Under the pieces are notes generated by a model. It had not been told where the DNA came from, did no database searches, and saw nothing but the letters and a program-made list of their open reading frames with translations. 64,000 nt of DNA, taken from assembly GCA_038087875.1 (NCBI GenBank), contig CM075991.1:12340001-12404000 (forward strand), given 5' to 3'. A program made the translations under genes and the position numbers. Below, one piece after another: positions 25,967 through 37,659 of the stretch (positions are counted from its first letter, which is position 1; each line of letters opens with the position of its first letter). The stretch comes from Malacoraja senta. Taxonomy: Eukaryota.

Positions 25967-26759
25967 TTGGGTTTGATGGCTGCCGTCCTGCTTGACCACA
26001 CCGAGGAGGATGGTGGCTTCTTCGCCTCCGCTGTGTCAAAGGGGTTGAGTGGGTCCTTTGTGTTGGGAGCTTTGACTGCCTCGGTCTTCCTGGGAAACAG
26101 GGCCATTATGCCCCCACGTTTGTGCTCCTCCTTTTTGGTCACCCCTTCATCTTTTACCACCTCCGCCTTGGGCGCTGGCCGAGCGATCCTCTCCTCTTCC
26201 TTGGTCTCTTCCTCAAAGGGGTTGAGGGACTTTGTACCTCCTCCAGGGGCGTTGGAGGAGTCTGCGCTTTTACCCCCCTCCTCTTCCTTCCCGGTGCTCC
26301 TGGAGAATCCGGTGTCCTTCTCCTTTGGCCCATCCGGCCTCTGGGCGACGGTCAGGTCACCGGTGCTGCCGAGCCGCTGGGGGGCGGGCGGAGCGACAGA
26401 TCTCAAGGCTTGGTCACTGGAGCCCGCGTGCGGTTGGGTCTCCAAGGAAGAGGGGGACAACTTGGAAGGCAGGTCCTCCAGAGAGGTGTAGAACTGGCTG
26501 TTGGACTGCAGCTTGGAATCGCTCTTTGGTTTGGAGTGGAGAATGGGATTGGGTTCCTCTGCGTACACATGGCTGCCGTTGATGCAGAGATTGGACTGTG
26601 ACACAGGGTCACTCTTTGGCCTCAGGCCACTGAACAATGACAGGGTCTCCTTCTTCCCCACCGTGGATGGGGCCAGATTCAGCTGCTTGGTGTCCTCGCT
26701 CGAAGACCTTTTGTGGCCCATGATTTTCGGTACATGCAAATCCTTGCTCGGGCTCTCCT
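25967..26759 (-). CDS. RAB11FIP1: RAB11FIP1 coding exon 3
   Basis: Acceptor tgtttgcag|AG GAG AGC; HKRSSSED, LCINGSHVY, ...WSSRTAAIKP; donor AA|GTAAGT; 793 bp, phase 1 to 2. Confidence 0.93.
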
Positions 26760-27026
26760 CTGCAAACACAAGTGGTGACAATTACAGCCCTCTGTGTGGC
26801 AATCCCTCCCCACATGGGCCCAATAATATGCAGATGCTGCTTTACACAGAAGGCAGACACAAAAGGTTAGACTCAGCCTCGCCCACCGTCTACAGGAGCC
26901 TGAAAACTGCAACGACCAGGTTCAGGAATAGCTACTTCCCCACAGCCATCAGGCTATTAAACTTGGCTCTGAACATTAAAAACTTAAACTCTGAACTCTG
27001 AACATTAATAGCTGTTATTTGCACTT

Positions 27027-27738
27027 TTTTTAATTTATTTTTTTAATTTATTTTTATTAGAAGTACAATTGTATACAATCATATTTTCATAATTCATTTT
27101 ATGTACAGCTTCTTATTTTTTTAATTTTGTAATAAAGAAGAAAAAGAAAAAGAAATTAGATAATGAAGAATAGAAAAATGTGAGATATATAGTGTGTGAA
27201 AAAGAAAAATAGAGAGTGAAAGAAGAAAGTTCAGAAATAGAAAATAGAAGAAAAAGAGTAAAAGAAGAAAAGAGAAGAAAAAGAAAATAGAAGTAAGGAG
27301 ATCATTTATAATCTTGACCATCCGCAGTCACGGATTAGCTTTTACACTTGTTTTGCACCATATGTTTCCAAAAAGACGACAAATGGAGACCAACTCGTTA
27401 TGAATTGGTCAAATTTATCTATTAGGAGGAATCGCATTTCCTCAAAATGTGCGGTATCCAACATACTTGCAATCCACATTTTGAGCGTTGGTATTGGTGT
27501 ATTTTTCCAAAATTTCAATATTACTTTTTTGCTATTATTAAACCATAATTAAAAAATAATTTTTGAGATGGGTTCAATTTGTTCCCGTCTTCCATTACCC
27601 CAAATATAATCAATTCATTATTGGGTTCCATTTTTGTCTTAAATAATTTTGTGAATATTTCGAAAATATCACTCCAAAATCCATGAAGTTTTATACAAGA
27701 AACAAAAGAGTGTGTTATAGTTGCGTCTTGGGTTAAAC
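27027..27738 (-). mobile_element. 5'-truncated L1/Tx1-clade LINE with A-rich tail
   Basis: 13-bp TSD GTTATTTGCACTT (27014-27026, 27739-27751); ORF2 C-terminal-like sequence; pyrimidine-rich 3' UTR and A-rich tail. Confidence 0.8.
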
Positions 27739-28373
27739 GTTATTTGCACTTAATTACACATTACGCATTACACATTAATAATCTGTTATTTGCACTTTAT
27801 CAGTTTATTTATTCATGTGTGTGTATATATTTATTTAATGGTATATGGACACACTGATCTGTTTTGTAGTCAATGCCTACTATGTTCTGTTGTGCTGAAG
27901 CAAACTCTCTTGAACTCTTGAACTTGAACGAGAGATTCAGCAGCCTCCGAGAAGACGGACAAACTCCCTGTGAGATTGAAGACCTTAGATTACAAATCTA
28001 CACCCCTGGTCAGTGTGCCATTGTGCAGCCCTTGGAGAGGTTAGAGTTGCTGCCTCAGAAGCCTCTTTGTCACAGAGGCCAAGCCAGGGGACATTTTTAA
28101 GGCAGAGATAGATAGGTTCTTGATTAGTACGGGTGTCAGGGGTTACGGGGAGAAGGCAGGAGAATGGGATTAGGAGGGAGAGATAGATCAGCCGTGATTG
28201 AATGGCGGAGTGGACGTGATGGGCCGAATGGCCTAATTCTGCTCCTATCACTTATGAACACTTCAAGATGGCGGGTTCGATCGAACCCGCCATCTTGAAG
28301 TGTTCATAAGATCAAGATTGGATCTTGTTGTAAATGGTCTTATTGTGGTTTGTTGTAACTCGCGCTGTTTTAC

Positions 28374-28819
28374 CTTCAGGGGAGTTGCGCAGCTGTACCT
28401 CCGTGAAGTCCTCATCTGCGAAGGTCCGAGCTTGCTTGTTGAGGTCAGCTGGAGAGGATGGCCCGGTGGGGATGACGGACATGGACTGCGACAGGGAGGT
28501 CCGCTGCAGGTTGGATTTGGGAAACAGCATCTTCAGCTTGGACTTCTTCTTCTTCTTCTGCCCCGCTGCCATGTTCTCATCGTCGCTGTCCACTGGGGTA
28601 CTGATGCTGGGGACAATGGCTGAGGCCGAGTCCGAGAACCCATCCTTCTTCTTTCCCTTGAACTTGTCCTTCAGTTTGCCGAGAGTCGACCTGGACTTGT
28701 CCTTCATGGAGAGGTCAAACATGCTGGCCGTCATGTTGTTCCGCACAAACCTGATGTCCACCTCGATCTCCCCTCGCTCCTTCTCCTTCTTACCCTGCCT
28801 GGACTGAAGCTTGTGCCAT
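28374..28819 (-). CDS. RAB11FIP1: RAB11FIP1 coding exon 2 (end of C2 domain and following region)
   Basis: Acceptor caccag|A TGG CAC AAG; WHKLQSRQGKKEKERGEIEVDIRFVRNNMTASMFDLSMKDKSR...NSPE; donor G|GTAAAA; 446 bp, phase 2 to 1. Confidence 0.95.
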
Positions 28820-28829
28820 CTGGTGGGGT

Positions 28830-29580
28830 GTCAAGTCAAGTCAAGTCAAGTCACATTTATTTATATAGCACATGTAAAAAACAACTCTCGTTGGCCAAAG
28901 TGCTTTACATTTGTTATAAGAATAATATAAACAAACAAACTACATACATATATACATGTAGCCCTCACTCAGAGGAAGGCTTGGGAGTATAGATAAGTTT
29001 TTAGTCTTGACTTAAAGGAGTCGATGGAGGGGGCAGTTCTGATGGGAATGGGGATGCTGTTCCACAGTCTAGGAGCTGCAACCGCAAAGGCGCGGTCGCC
29101 CCTGAGCTTATGCCTAGACCGTGGGATATTCAGCAACCCCAAGTCGGCCGATCTGAGGGGCCTGGAGGTGGAGTGGTGGGTGAGAAGACTTTTTATGTAG
29201 GTGGGGGCAAGCCCATTGAGGGCTTTGTAGACAAAGAGGAGGATCTTGAAATGTATACGGAACCGCACAGGGACCCAGTGGAGAGAGGCCAGGATCGGGG
29301 TGATGTGGTCCCTTTTTCGGGTGCCCGTCAGGAGCCTCGCTGCGGCGTTTTGGACCAGTTGCAGGCGGGACAGGGAAGATTGGCTGATGCCAGTGTAAAG
29401 GGAGTTGCAGTAATCTAGGCGGGAGGAGATGAATGTGTGGATGATCTTTTCGAGGTCATCAAAGTGTAGGAATTGTTTAATTTTAGCTATCGTCCGAAGC
29501 TGAAAGAAGCTAGCTTTTACCACGGCATTGACTTGTTTGTCAAATTTCAGTGCTGAGTCAAATATCACGGCAAGGTTGTT
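28830..29580 (-). mobile_element. 5'-truncated L2-clade LINE with intact C-terminal ORF2 segment
   Basis: 199-aa ORF (IHTFISSRLDYCNSL, LQLVQNAAARLLT, HITPILASLHW, GDRAFAVAAPRLWN, FKSRLKTYL); AATAAA followed by a (TTGAC)n tail. Confidence 0.9.
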
Positions 29581-30799
29581 GGGGGGGGGGGGGGGCGAGG
29601 GAGAGAGAGGAGAGAGTGGTTAGGACAAACAAATGATCATCAGGCATGTAGACAAGTAAAGACATAAAATGCCAGAGTAACTGGGTGGGCCAGGCAACAT
29701 CTGGATCAGGAGATCATGGATAGGTGACGTTTCAGTTCAGGACCCTTCTTCAACCTGATGGTGAATTAGGGATGGGGGGGGTTTGTGGATGAAGGCAGCT
29801 GGAAGAGAGAAGAGAAGGGCTGGACAAAGCTTGGCAAGTAAGAAGGGTCTCGACCCAAAACGTCACCCATTCTTTCTCTCCAGAGATGCTGCCTGTCCCG
29901 TTGAGTTACTCCAGCGTTTTTGTGTCTACCTTGGCAAGTAATAGGTGGATACAGGTGAAGGGGAGCAGAGTGGGAGTTGATAAGCAGATGATTGGACAAA
30001 GGCCAGAGATGCAAAACACAGAAGATAACCATAAAAGATTTGAAGAGTTGCAAATTGTGAAGCTGGAGGAAAAAGTAAGTAAGTAAGTTTATTGGCCAAG
30101 TATTCACATACAAGGAATTTGCCTTGGTGCTCCACCCACAAGTAACAACATGACATACAGTGACTGTTACGAATGACTCCGAAAACACTAAACATTAATA
30201 AGGAAGAAATACAGGTTCAAAGAAAGGGGTAAGGAGAAATATGTGCAAGTCCAGATGGGATACAGGGGGAAAAGCCCTCTTCCAGCTTTCTAACCCCCTC
30301 ACCACAATCAATTTAAAGAAGGGTCCTGACCCAAAATGTCACCTATCCAGCTGCCTGAGCCACTGAGTTACTCCAGCACCGTAAACCAACATCTACAGTT
30401 TCTTATTTCTGCACAACAAAAGGTGCAGAGATGGGAAGGTAAAGCAGACAAGCAAGAGGGGTGTAGGATGGAGGGCTTTACATTCCTGGGGCATGTCCTT
30501 GGGTCGAGCCAAGACCAATATCCTTGCACGGGTGGGTTTAAAGTGTTTAGGCGAGGGGGGCATGAAGCTTGAATAGAATTCAGAAAGGAGGGAGGAATCA
30601 AAGTAACGAGAGATTGTAAACAAAATCAAAAAAATGTGGTTATGCAACTAACGTAATCTGTCCACACACGATTCATATTCTACAATATTAGAATAGATCA
30701 GATACAAAACATGCAGAGCTCTGGTATGTGGTCACACCTAGAGAGCGATAGTCAGTCCACCAGGTCAACATCTGGTGGGGTGCAGCAAAGATTGGAGGA

Positions 30800-31192
30800 C
30801 ATAGAAACATAGAAACATAGAAAATAGGTGCAGGAGTAGGCCATTCGGCCCTTCGAGCCTGCACCGCCATTCAATATGATCATGGCTGATCATCCAACTC
30901 AGTATCCCGTACCTGCCTTCTCTCCATACCCCCTGATCCCTTTAGCCACAAGGGCCACATCTAACTCCCTCTTAAATATAGCCAATGAACTGGCCTCAAC
31001 TACCCTCTGTGGCAGAGAGTTCCAGAGATTCACCACTCTCTGTGTGAAAAAGTTTTTCCTCATCTCGGTCTTAAAGGATTTCCCCCTTATCCTTAAGCTG
31101 TGACCCCTTGTCCTGGACTTCCCCAACATCGGGAACAATCTTCCTGCATCTAGCCTGTCCAACTCCATAAGAATTTTGTACGTTTCTATAAG
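30800..31192 (-). mobile_element. CR1-clade LINE 3' end (HER1-like)
   Basis: RTRGHSLRIRG...FFTQRVVNLWNSLP...FKRELD; (TTTCTATG)n tail. Confidence 0.88.
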
Positions 31193-33595
31193 AGGACCTC
31201 ACACTTATACAGAATTAGGCCATTCAGCCCATCGAGTTCACAGCAGCCAACTGGGAGAGCAATCCCATTTGCCCTGCAAATTCTCTCCTCTCTGCAAGTT
31301 CGGAACTGACCCTGAACGCAGCAACTAAAGAGGATCGTGTCAGAAAGCTCAATACTGAAGCCAGAAGCAAAATGATTCTGAAATCAAAAAGGGGAGAAGG
31401 ACGAGCTGGTTTGGATCAGCTTTACGACTTTTAGACTTTAGAGATACAGCGTGGGAACAGGCCCACTGAGTCTGCGGTGGGTAGCGATCACCCCAGTACA
31501 CTGGCACTATCCTACACACAAGGGGCAAGTTACTATTTTACCAAAGCCAATTAACCTACAAACCTCTTTGGAGTGTGGGAGGAAACTGGAGCACCCGGAG
31601 AAAACCCACGCAGGTTTTTAGAAAGGCACATGGATGTGCAGGGTGTAGAAAGATGTGGATTATGCGCAAGCGGAGGGGATCACTTGAACTTGAATAATGA
31701 TTAATAAAGTACAGTTGTAACATGTTACCCACTGTAACATTTGTAACAATGGGTAACATTTCCGGTCAAAACCCTTCTCAGAAGTTACTACATACCCATG
31801 GGTAACAAAGCTGGGACCTAATCTGATCTCTTTGCCCCTAGGATGCCCGAGGACAACTGTCTAAACCAGTTTTGTTCCGTGCGTGTTGGAGAGTTAGTTT
31901 CATAGATGAGCTCGTTCATACAGCATTTAGCGAGGCAGGGAAGAGTTGAAAGCCAGCGGGGTTGACAAGGCAAGTCCTCCCTTTAATAATAATAATAATG
32001 GATTTTATTTACGGGCGCCTTATACCGAGGTCTCAAGGACACCATACAGAGATTTATAGAAAACATATAATCAGAATTAAAAAAAAATAGGTTATAAAGA
32101 CCAATACATAAATCATTTAGTTTACAGATACACCCTGGATGCAGATCCTTTGGCCCACCGAGTCCACACTGACCATTGTTCACACAGAAATGTTACCCAT
32201 TCCTTCTCTCCAGAGATACTGCCTGTCCCGCTGAGTTACTCCAGCATTAAAGTAAAAAAGTATCCTTTATTGTCATTCAGACATTTCAGTCTGAACGAAA
32301 TTGTATACCTTGAAGTCATAACATAGAATAAAATAACAAATCACACACTTAACAGTTGAACATCCACCACAGTGAGTCTACCAGGCACCTCCTCACTGTG
32401 ATGGAAGGCAAAAGTCTTAAAGTCCTTGTCTCTTCCCTCCTTGTTCAAGCAGACTCAATTATTCAAGCAGACTCAATCTTCTGTTTAAACCAGCATCTGC
32501 AGTTCTTTCCTACACATAGCACTAAAGATATATGGATAAAGGCTGAAGGGGATATGTGCAAAATGTGGGGAAATGGGGCTAACAGAGACAGGCACCTTTG
32601 TTGGCATGGACAATTTGGGATGAAGAGTTTATACCCCTGCTGTGTCTCGGTATTGTCTTTACATCAGCAGTCCGTGTAAATGTAATTGAAGAATATAGTC
32701 AGCATCAGATTACTGTCGGAACATAATCGCTTTTGTTGTGCAGTTCGTGTCGAAACCGTGACATCATCCTATCAAAGTATGGTCCAGTCCTCATTCACCA
32801 TGGAGATAACATCCCAGAAGTTTGAAGTTTCTCCATCAGTCTGAGGAAGGGTGTCGACCCGAAACATCGCCCATTCCTTCTCTCCAGAGATGCTGCTGCC
32901 TGTCCCGCTGAGTTACTCCAGCATTTTGTCTTTGTTTTCGTTTGTTCCTCTCAGAATAATGACGTCTCTTTCTCTCTCCCTGCCACAGTGCATGGGGAAA
33001 CTATCCATGTTTGACCAGCAAACACCCTTTACTGTTTATAATACAATCAAGTCGCTTTCACAGAAAGACCAGCTCCATGCAAATCAATTCGACTTCCTTT
33101 TAACCCAAGATTTGCATGTAATCGGTTTCATTAAAAGAGTTGGAGGTCGGCTCAATGATGCAGCCAGAGACACCGGTTCGATCCTGGCCTCGGTCTCTGC
33201 CTGTGTGGAGTTGACACGTTCACCCTGTGATGGTGAGTATTTTCTCTGGCTGCTCCAGTTTCCACCCCTATCCCAATTGTGGAATTCTCTGCCTCAGAGG
33301 GCGGTGGAGGCCGGTTCTCTGGATACTTTCAAGAGAGAGCTAGATAGGGCTCTTGAAGATAGCAGAGTCAGGGGATATGGGGAGAAGGCAGGAACGGGGT
33401 ACTGATTGGGGATGATCAGCCATGATCACATTGAATGGCGGTGCTGGCTCGAAGGGCCGAATGGCCTACTCCTGCACCTGTTGTCTATTGTCTAAATATG
33501 TGTGGGTTTCATAGGTTAATTGGCCTCTGTAAATTGCCTCTGGTGTGTAGTAACTCAGCGGGTGAGGCAGCATCTATGGAGCGAAGGAAATAGTC

Positions 33596-33623
33596 GACGT
33601 TTCGGGTCGAGACCCTTCTTCAG
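33596..33623 (-). ncRNA. Minimal hammerhead ribozyme core motif, sense within the RAB11FIP1 pre-mRNA
   Basis: Minus strand CTGAAGA-A-GGGTCTCGACCC-GAAAC-GTC. Confidence 0.55.
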
Positions 33624-34899
33624 ACTGATGGAGAAACTTCAAACTTCAGGGATGTAATCTCCACTTGGTTAATGAGGACTGAACTATACTTTGCTAGGAT
33701 GATCAGTCTGAAGATGATCAGTCACATCAGTCTGAAGAAGGGTATCGACCCTAAACGTCGCCTATTTCCTTCGCTCCATAGATGCTGCCTCACCCGCTGA
33801 GTTTCTCCACCATTTTTGTCTACCTTCGATTTTCCAGCATCTGCAGTTCTTTCTTAAACATCTGGTGTGTAGGAAGCGGATATAAGTGTGGGACAATGGT
33901 TGGTGTGGACTCGGTGGGCCAAAGGATCTGCATCCATGGTGTATCTGTAAACTAAAGGGATGACTTGCCTTGTCAACCCCGCTGGCTTTCACCTCTTCCC
34001 TGCCTCGCTAAATGTTGTATGAACGAGCTCATCTATGAAACTAACTCTCCAACATGCACGGAACAAATCTGGACACATGGTTTAGACAGATGTTTACAGG
34101 CATCCTAGGGGCAAAGAGATCAGATTATGTCCCAGCCTTGTTACCCATGGTTATGTAGTAACATCCAATTGACAAGATCGCATCCTACCAACCCTTACCT
34201 CATTGCATCAAGGGTTGGCCTTGCCGTTGACTGTTCTACCCTCAATGATGGTCCATGTATCACCCAAGGCAAGACCTCACTTTAGAGATACAGCATGGAA
34301 ACAGGCCCACCCAGACCACCCGTTCAAACTAGTTCTATGGTGTCCCACTTTTATATACATTTCCTGCACACTCGTTCAATTAACCTACAAAACCAACACG
34401 TATTTGGGACAAGGGTGGAACCTGGAGCACCAGGGGGGAAGCACTCACCATCACGGGGACCATCCCAACTTGCCTTGGACGGTACAAATCATGCAAACAT
34501 TTCCATTCATACGACCCAATTCCAGATCATAATGTGCCTAAGGGACTGAGGGAGGTCAGTGGGGTCAGCAGGGAGGAGAGAGAAATGAGGGCAAGCGGGT
34601 TCTGCAGTAATTAAAGCCTTAAAAAGAAGATAGATGGTCAGGTAATGAGAGGTGTGGCACTATAAGAATCTACAGAGGGCCCCAAGGCATGAAACCTAGT
34701 TGAAGAGTTGATTGTTCTTGTCACAGTCTACAGGACACATAACCAATATAATGCAACAGGAGGCTGAGCAGTAAAGTCATTAACTAATCATTTTATATAG
34801 TTTTCTCAGAATTTCCTACTTGATTTTGTGAGCAGCCCATTTGTTAGATAATAAATTATAGGTGGACACAAGATGCTGGTTTTCAAAAATCAGAAACAA

Positions 34900-35560
34900 G
34901 GTGCTGGAGTAACTCAGCGGGTCAGGCAGCATCTGTGGAGAACATGTGGAGATAGGTGACGTTTCACAGAGTGACGCTGGAGTAACTCAGCGGGTCAGGC
35001 AGCATCTGTGGAGCGAAGGAAATGGGCAACCTTTCGGGCCGAAACCCTGAAGGAAATAGGCAACCTTTCGGGCCGAAACCCGGAAGGGTTTCGGGCCGAA
35101 ACGTTGCCTATTTCCTTCGCTCCATAGATGCTGCCGGAACATGGATAGGTGACGTTTCACAGAGTGCTGGAGTAACTCAGCGGGTCAGGCAGCATCTGTG
35201 GAGAACATGGATAGGTGACGTATCACAGAGTGCTGGAGTAACTCAGCGGGTCAGGCAGCATCTGTGGAGAACATGGATAGGTGACGTTTCACAGAGTGCT
35301 GGAGTAACTCAGCGGGTCAGGCAGCATCTGTGGAGAACATGGATAGGTGACGTTTCACAGAGTGCTGGAGTAACTCAGCGGGTCAGGCAGCATCTGTGGA
35401 GAACATGGATAGGTGACGTTTCACAGAGTAACGCTGGAGTAACTCAGCGGGTCAGGCAGCATCTGTGGAGAACATGGATAGGTGACGTTTCACAGAATGC
35501 TGGAGTAACTCAGCGGGTCAGGCAGCATCTCTGGAGAACATGGATAGGTGACGTATCAGG
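34900..35560 (+). repeat. 66-bp tandem array derived from the Penelope-type terminal repeat
   Basis: Unit ACAGAGTGCTGGAGTAACTCAGCGGGTCAGGCAGCATCTGTGGAGAACATGGATAGGTGACGTTTC; about 6 consecutive copies plus a composite junction block. Confidence 0.92.
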
Positions 35561-36299
35561 TCAGGACCCTTCCCCAGGATAAGCATGTTTATTTAGTAAA
35601 GGTGGCTTCCTTCTCTTGTGGACGAGATGTAGAAAGCCATACATTTTTTTTTAAATAAGTTAGTGGATTGAGAATCATGTTAAAAAAGCATAAAAAGGTT
35701 GTGTACGAAGGAACTGCAGATGCCGGTTTAAACCGTAGACACAAAAAGTTGGAGTAACTCAGCAGATCAGGCAGCATCTCTGGAGAAAAGGAATAGGTGA
35801 CATTTTGGGTTGGACCCCTTCTTCAGAGTTGACCTGGAATCCCAGGGAAGGAAGAGATCCAATAGTCCAGAAAATCCACCAATCTAGCACCAAAGTTCCA
35901 GGCCATTGGAGCTTTTTGCATTGAGACAGGTTTTCCACTTGTACAGTAGTTGTTATCTGGGCCACGGCACCAAGGTTCAAAGTTCCATGAGACAGACAAA
36001 CAAACACGATGCCTGGAATAATTTGGATCCTGGCACCTGTCCCAGAGAGGGAGGCCGCTACAGACTCGATATTATACATTTTTCAAGCACTAATTCTCCA
36101 CAAATCCATAGATTCATTCAGTCAACTCAATGAAGTCACCCAACATGCACCCACGTGATTAGGAGATTAACAATAGTGGCCCACACCTCGTTTCAAACCC
36201 CAGACTTAAATAACACGCTAGTTTAGTTTAGAGATACACTGTGGAAACAGATCGTTCAGCCCAACGAGTCCGCACCGACCAGTGATCCCAGCACGCTAA

Positions 36300-36664
36300 A
36301 GGGCCTGTCCCACTTGCCGATTTTTTCGGCGACTGCCGGCGTCATATCAGAGTCGCCAAAAGATTTAGAATATTTCAAAATCCAGCAGCGCCAAAAAAAC
36401 ATTGCGATACGTGAAAAAACACCGCGCGTCAATACGTCAACACGCCGTGTATTTTTCAGTGACCTGATACATCAGTCAATGATGTTTTAAGAAGGAACTG
36501 CAGATGCTGGAATATCAAAGCTAGACAAATGTGCCGGAGAAACTCAACGTTTCCTTCGCTCCATAGATGCCGCTGCACCCGCTGAGTTTCTCCAGCACCT
36601 TTGTCGACCATCAGTCAATGATGCCGGCAGTCGCCGAAAAAAATCACCAAGTGGGACAGGCCCT
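36300..36664. mobile_element. Harbinger-type MITE (family B) inside a V-SINE, itself carrying a nested insertion
   Basis: AGGGCCTGTCCCAC...GTGGGACAGGCCCT; TAA TSD; nested insert at 36485-36608. Confidence 0.85.
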
Positions 36665-37108
36665 TAACACTACCTTATGTATGCTGGGGACAATTTACAA
36701 TAATACCAAGCCAATTAACCTACAAGCCTGCATGTCAGATGTGCAAAGCAAGATTCCGCAAAGCAGGCATTTAGTAAACCAGGATAAAGCTTTTGTGACA
36801 CATGGCAAAGATTAGACAGGATAAAGAGAACAGCCCTGCTTGCATTCAAAGTGGCATCAGTTAATCTCCCCAGATACTGGATCTGGATCTGACATGAAAG
36901 CCAGCTACTCTAACAAGGTAGCACATTCCTTTCATTCAGCAGACGTGACAATTAGCCACTGTGCGTGTAAATTAAACCTCTCAACAAAGTTGTGGTTCTC
37001 CCCTGTTTCAGTCCACCTATACCCCTCCCCCAGGCTTTACATTCAGAAGCTTCACGACCCCAAAAAAATATATATCATCTATTCTTTTTCTCCGGAGATG
37101 CTGCCCGA

Positions 37109-37453
37109 GGCCTGTCCCACGTACGGGATTTTTTCGGCGACTTGCCGGCACCTGTCATGGTCGCAGCAGGTCACCGAAAATTTTCAACATGTTGAAAATC
37201 CAGCGGCTACCAGAAAAAAGTACGACTCTTTGGGCGACTACTCACGACCATACAGGCGTCACGTATCGACATGATAATACAGGTGACATGTCAAATTGTC
37301 ACGCCTGTATGGTGGTGAGTAGTCGCCCAAAGAGTCGTACCTTTTTCTGGTCACCGCTGGATTTTCAACATGTTGAAAATTTTCAGAGACCTGCTGTGAC
37401 TATGATGGTGCCGGCAAGTCGCCGAAAAAAATCACGTAAGTGGGACAGGCCCT
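37109..37453. mobile_element. Harbinger-type MITE (family A)
   Basis: GGCCTGTCCCAC...GTGGGACAGGCCCT; flanked by CGA/CGA. Confidence 0.8.
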
Positions 37454-37659
37454 CGACTCATTGAGGTACTCCAATACTTTGTGCTTATCTTCTGTTTAAA
37501 CCAGCATCTGCAGTTCCTTCCTAATCATTTACATTTCACTTTTCCTCTCTCCTCATCTTCAAATTTGATTTTCAAATAATGTGTCTTTGTGGGACAGTGA
37601 AGAAGGTGTATTATTCATGTGATCTGCGTGCTTTTGCTGTGTTAAAGTACTTCTATATT

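Noticed and set aside
35138..35555. Each 66-bp unit as a complete hammerhead
   Set aside because: The unit has GAAACGTC but only CTGAGTT upstream, not CUGANGA with a stem II.
35022..35582. ORFs with a repeated 22-aa unit (QSAGVTQRVRQHLWRTWIGDVS), also at 48548 and 50615
   Set aside because: By-product of a 66-bp unit that is a multiple of 3; no splice or domain support.
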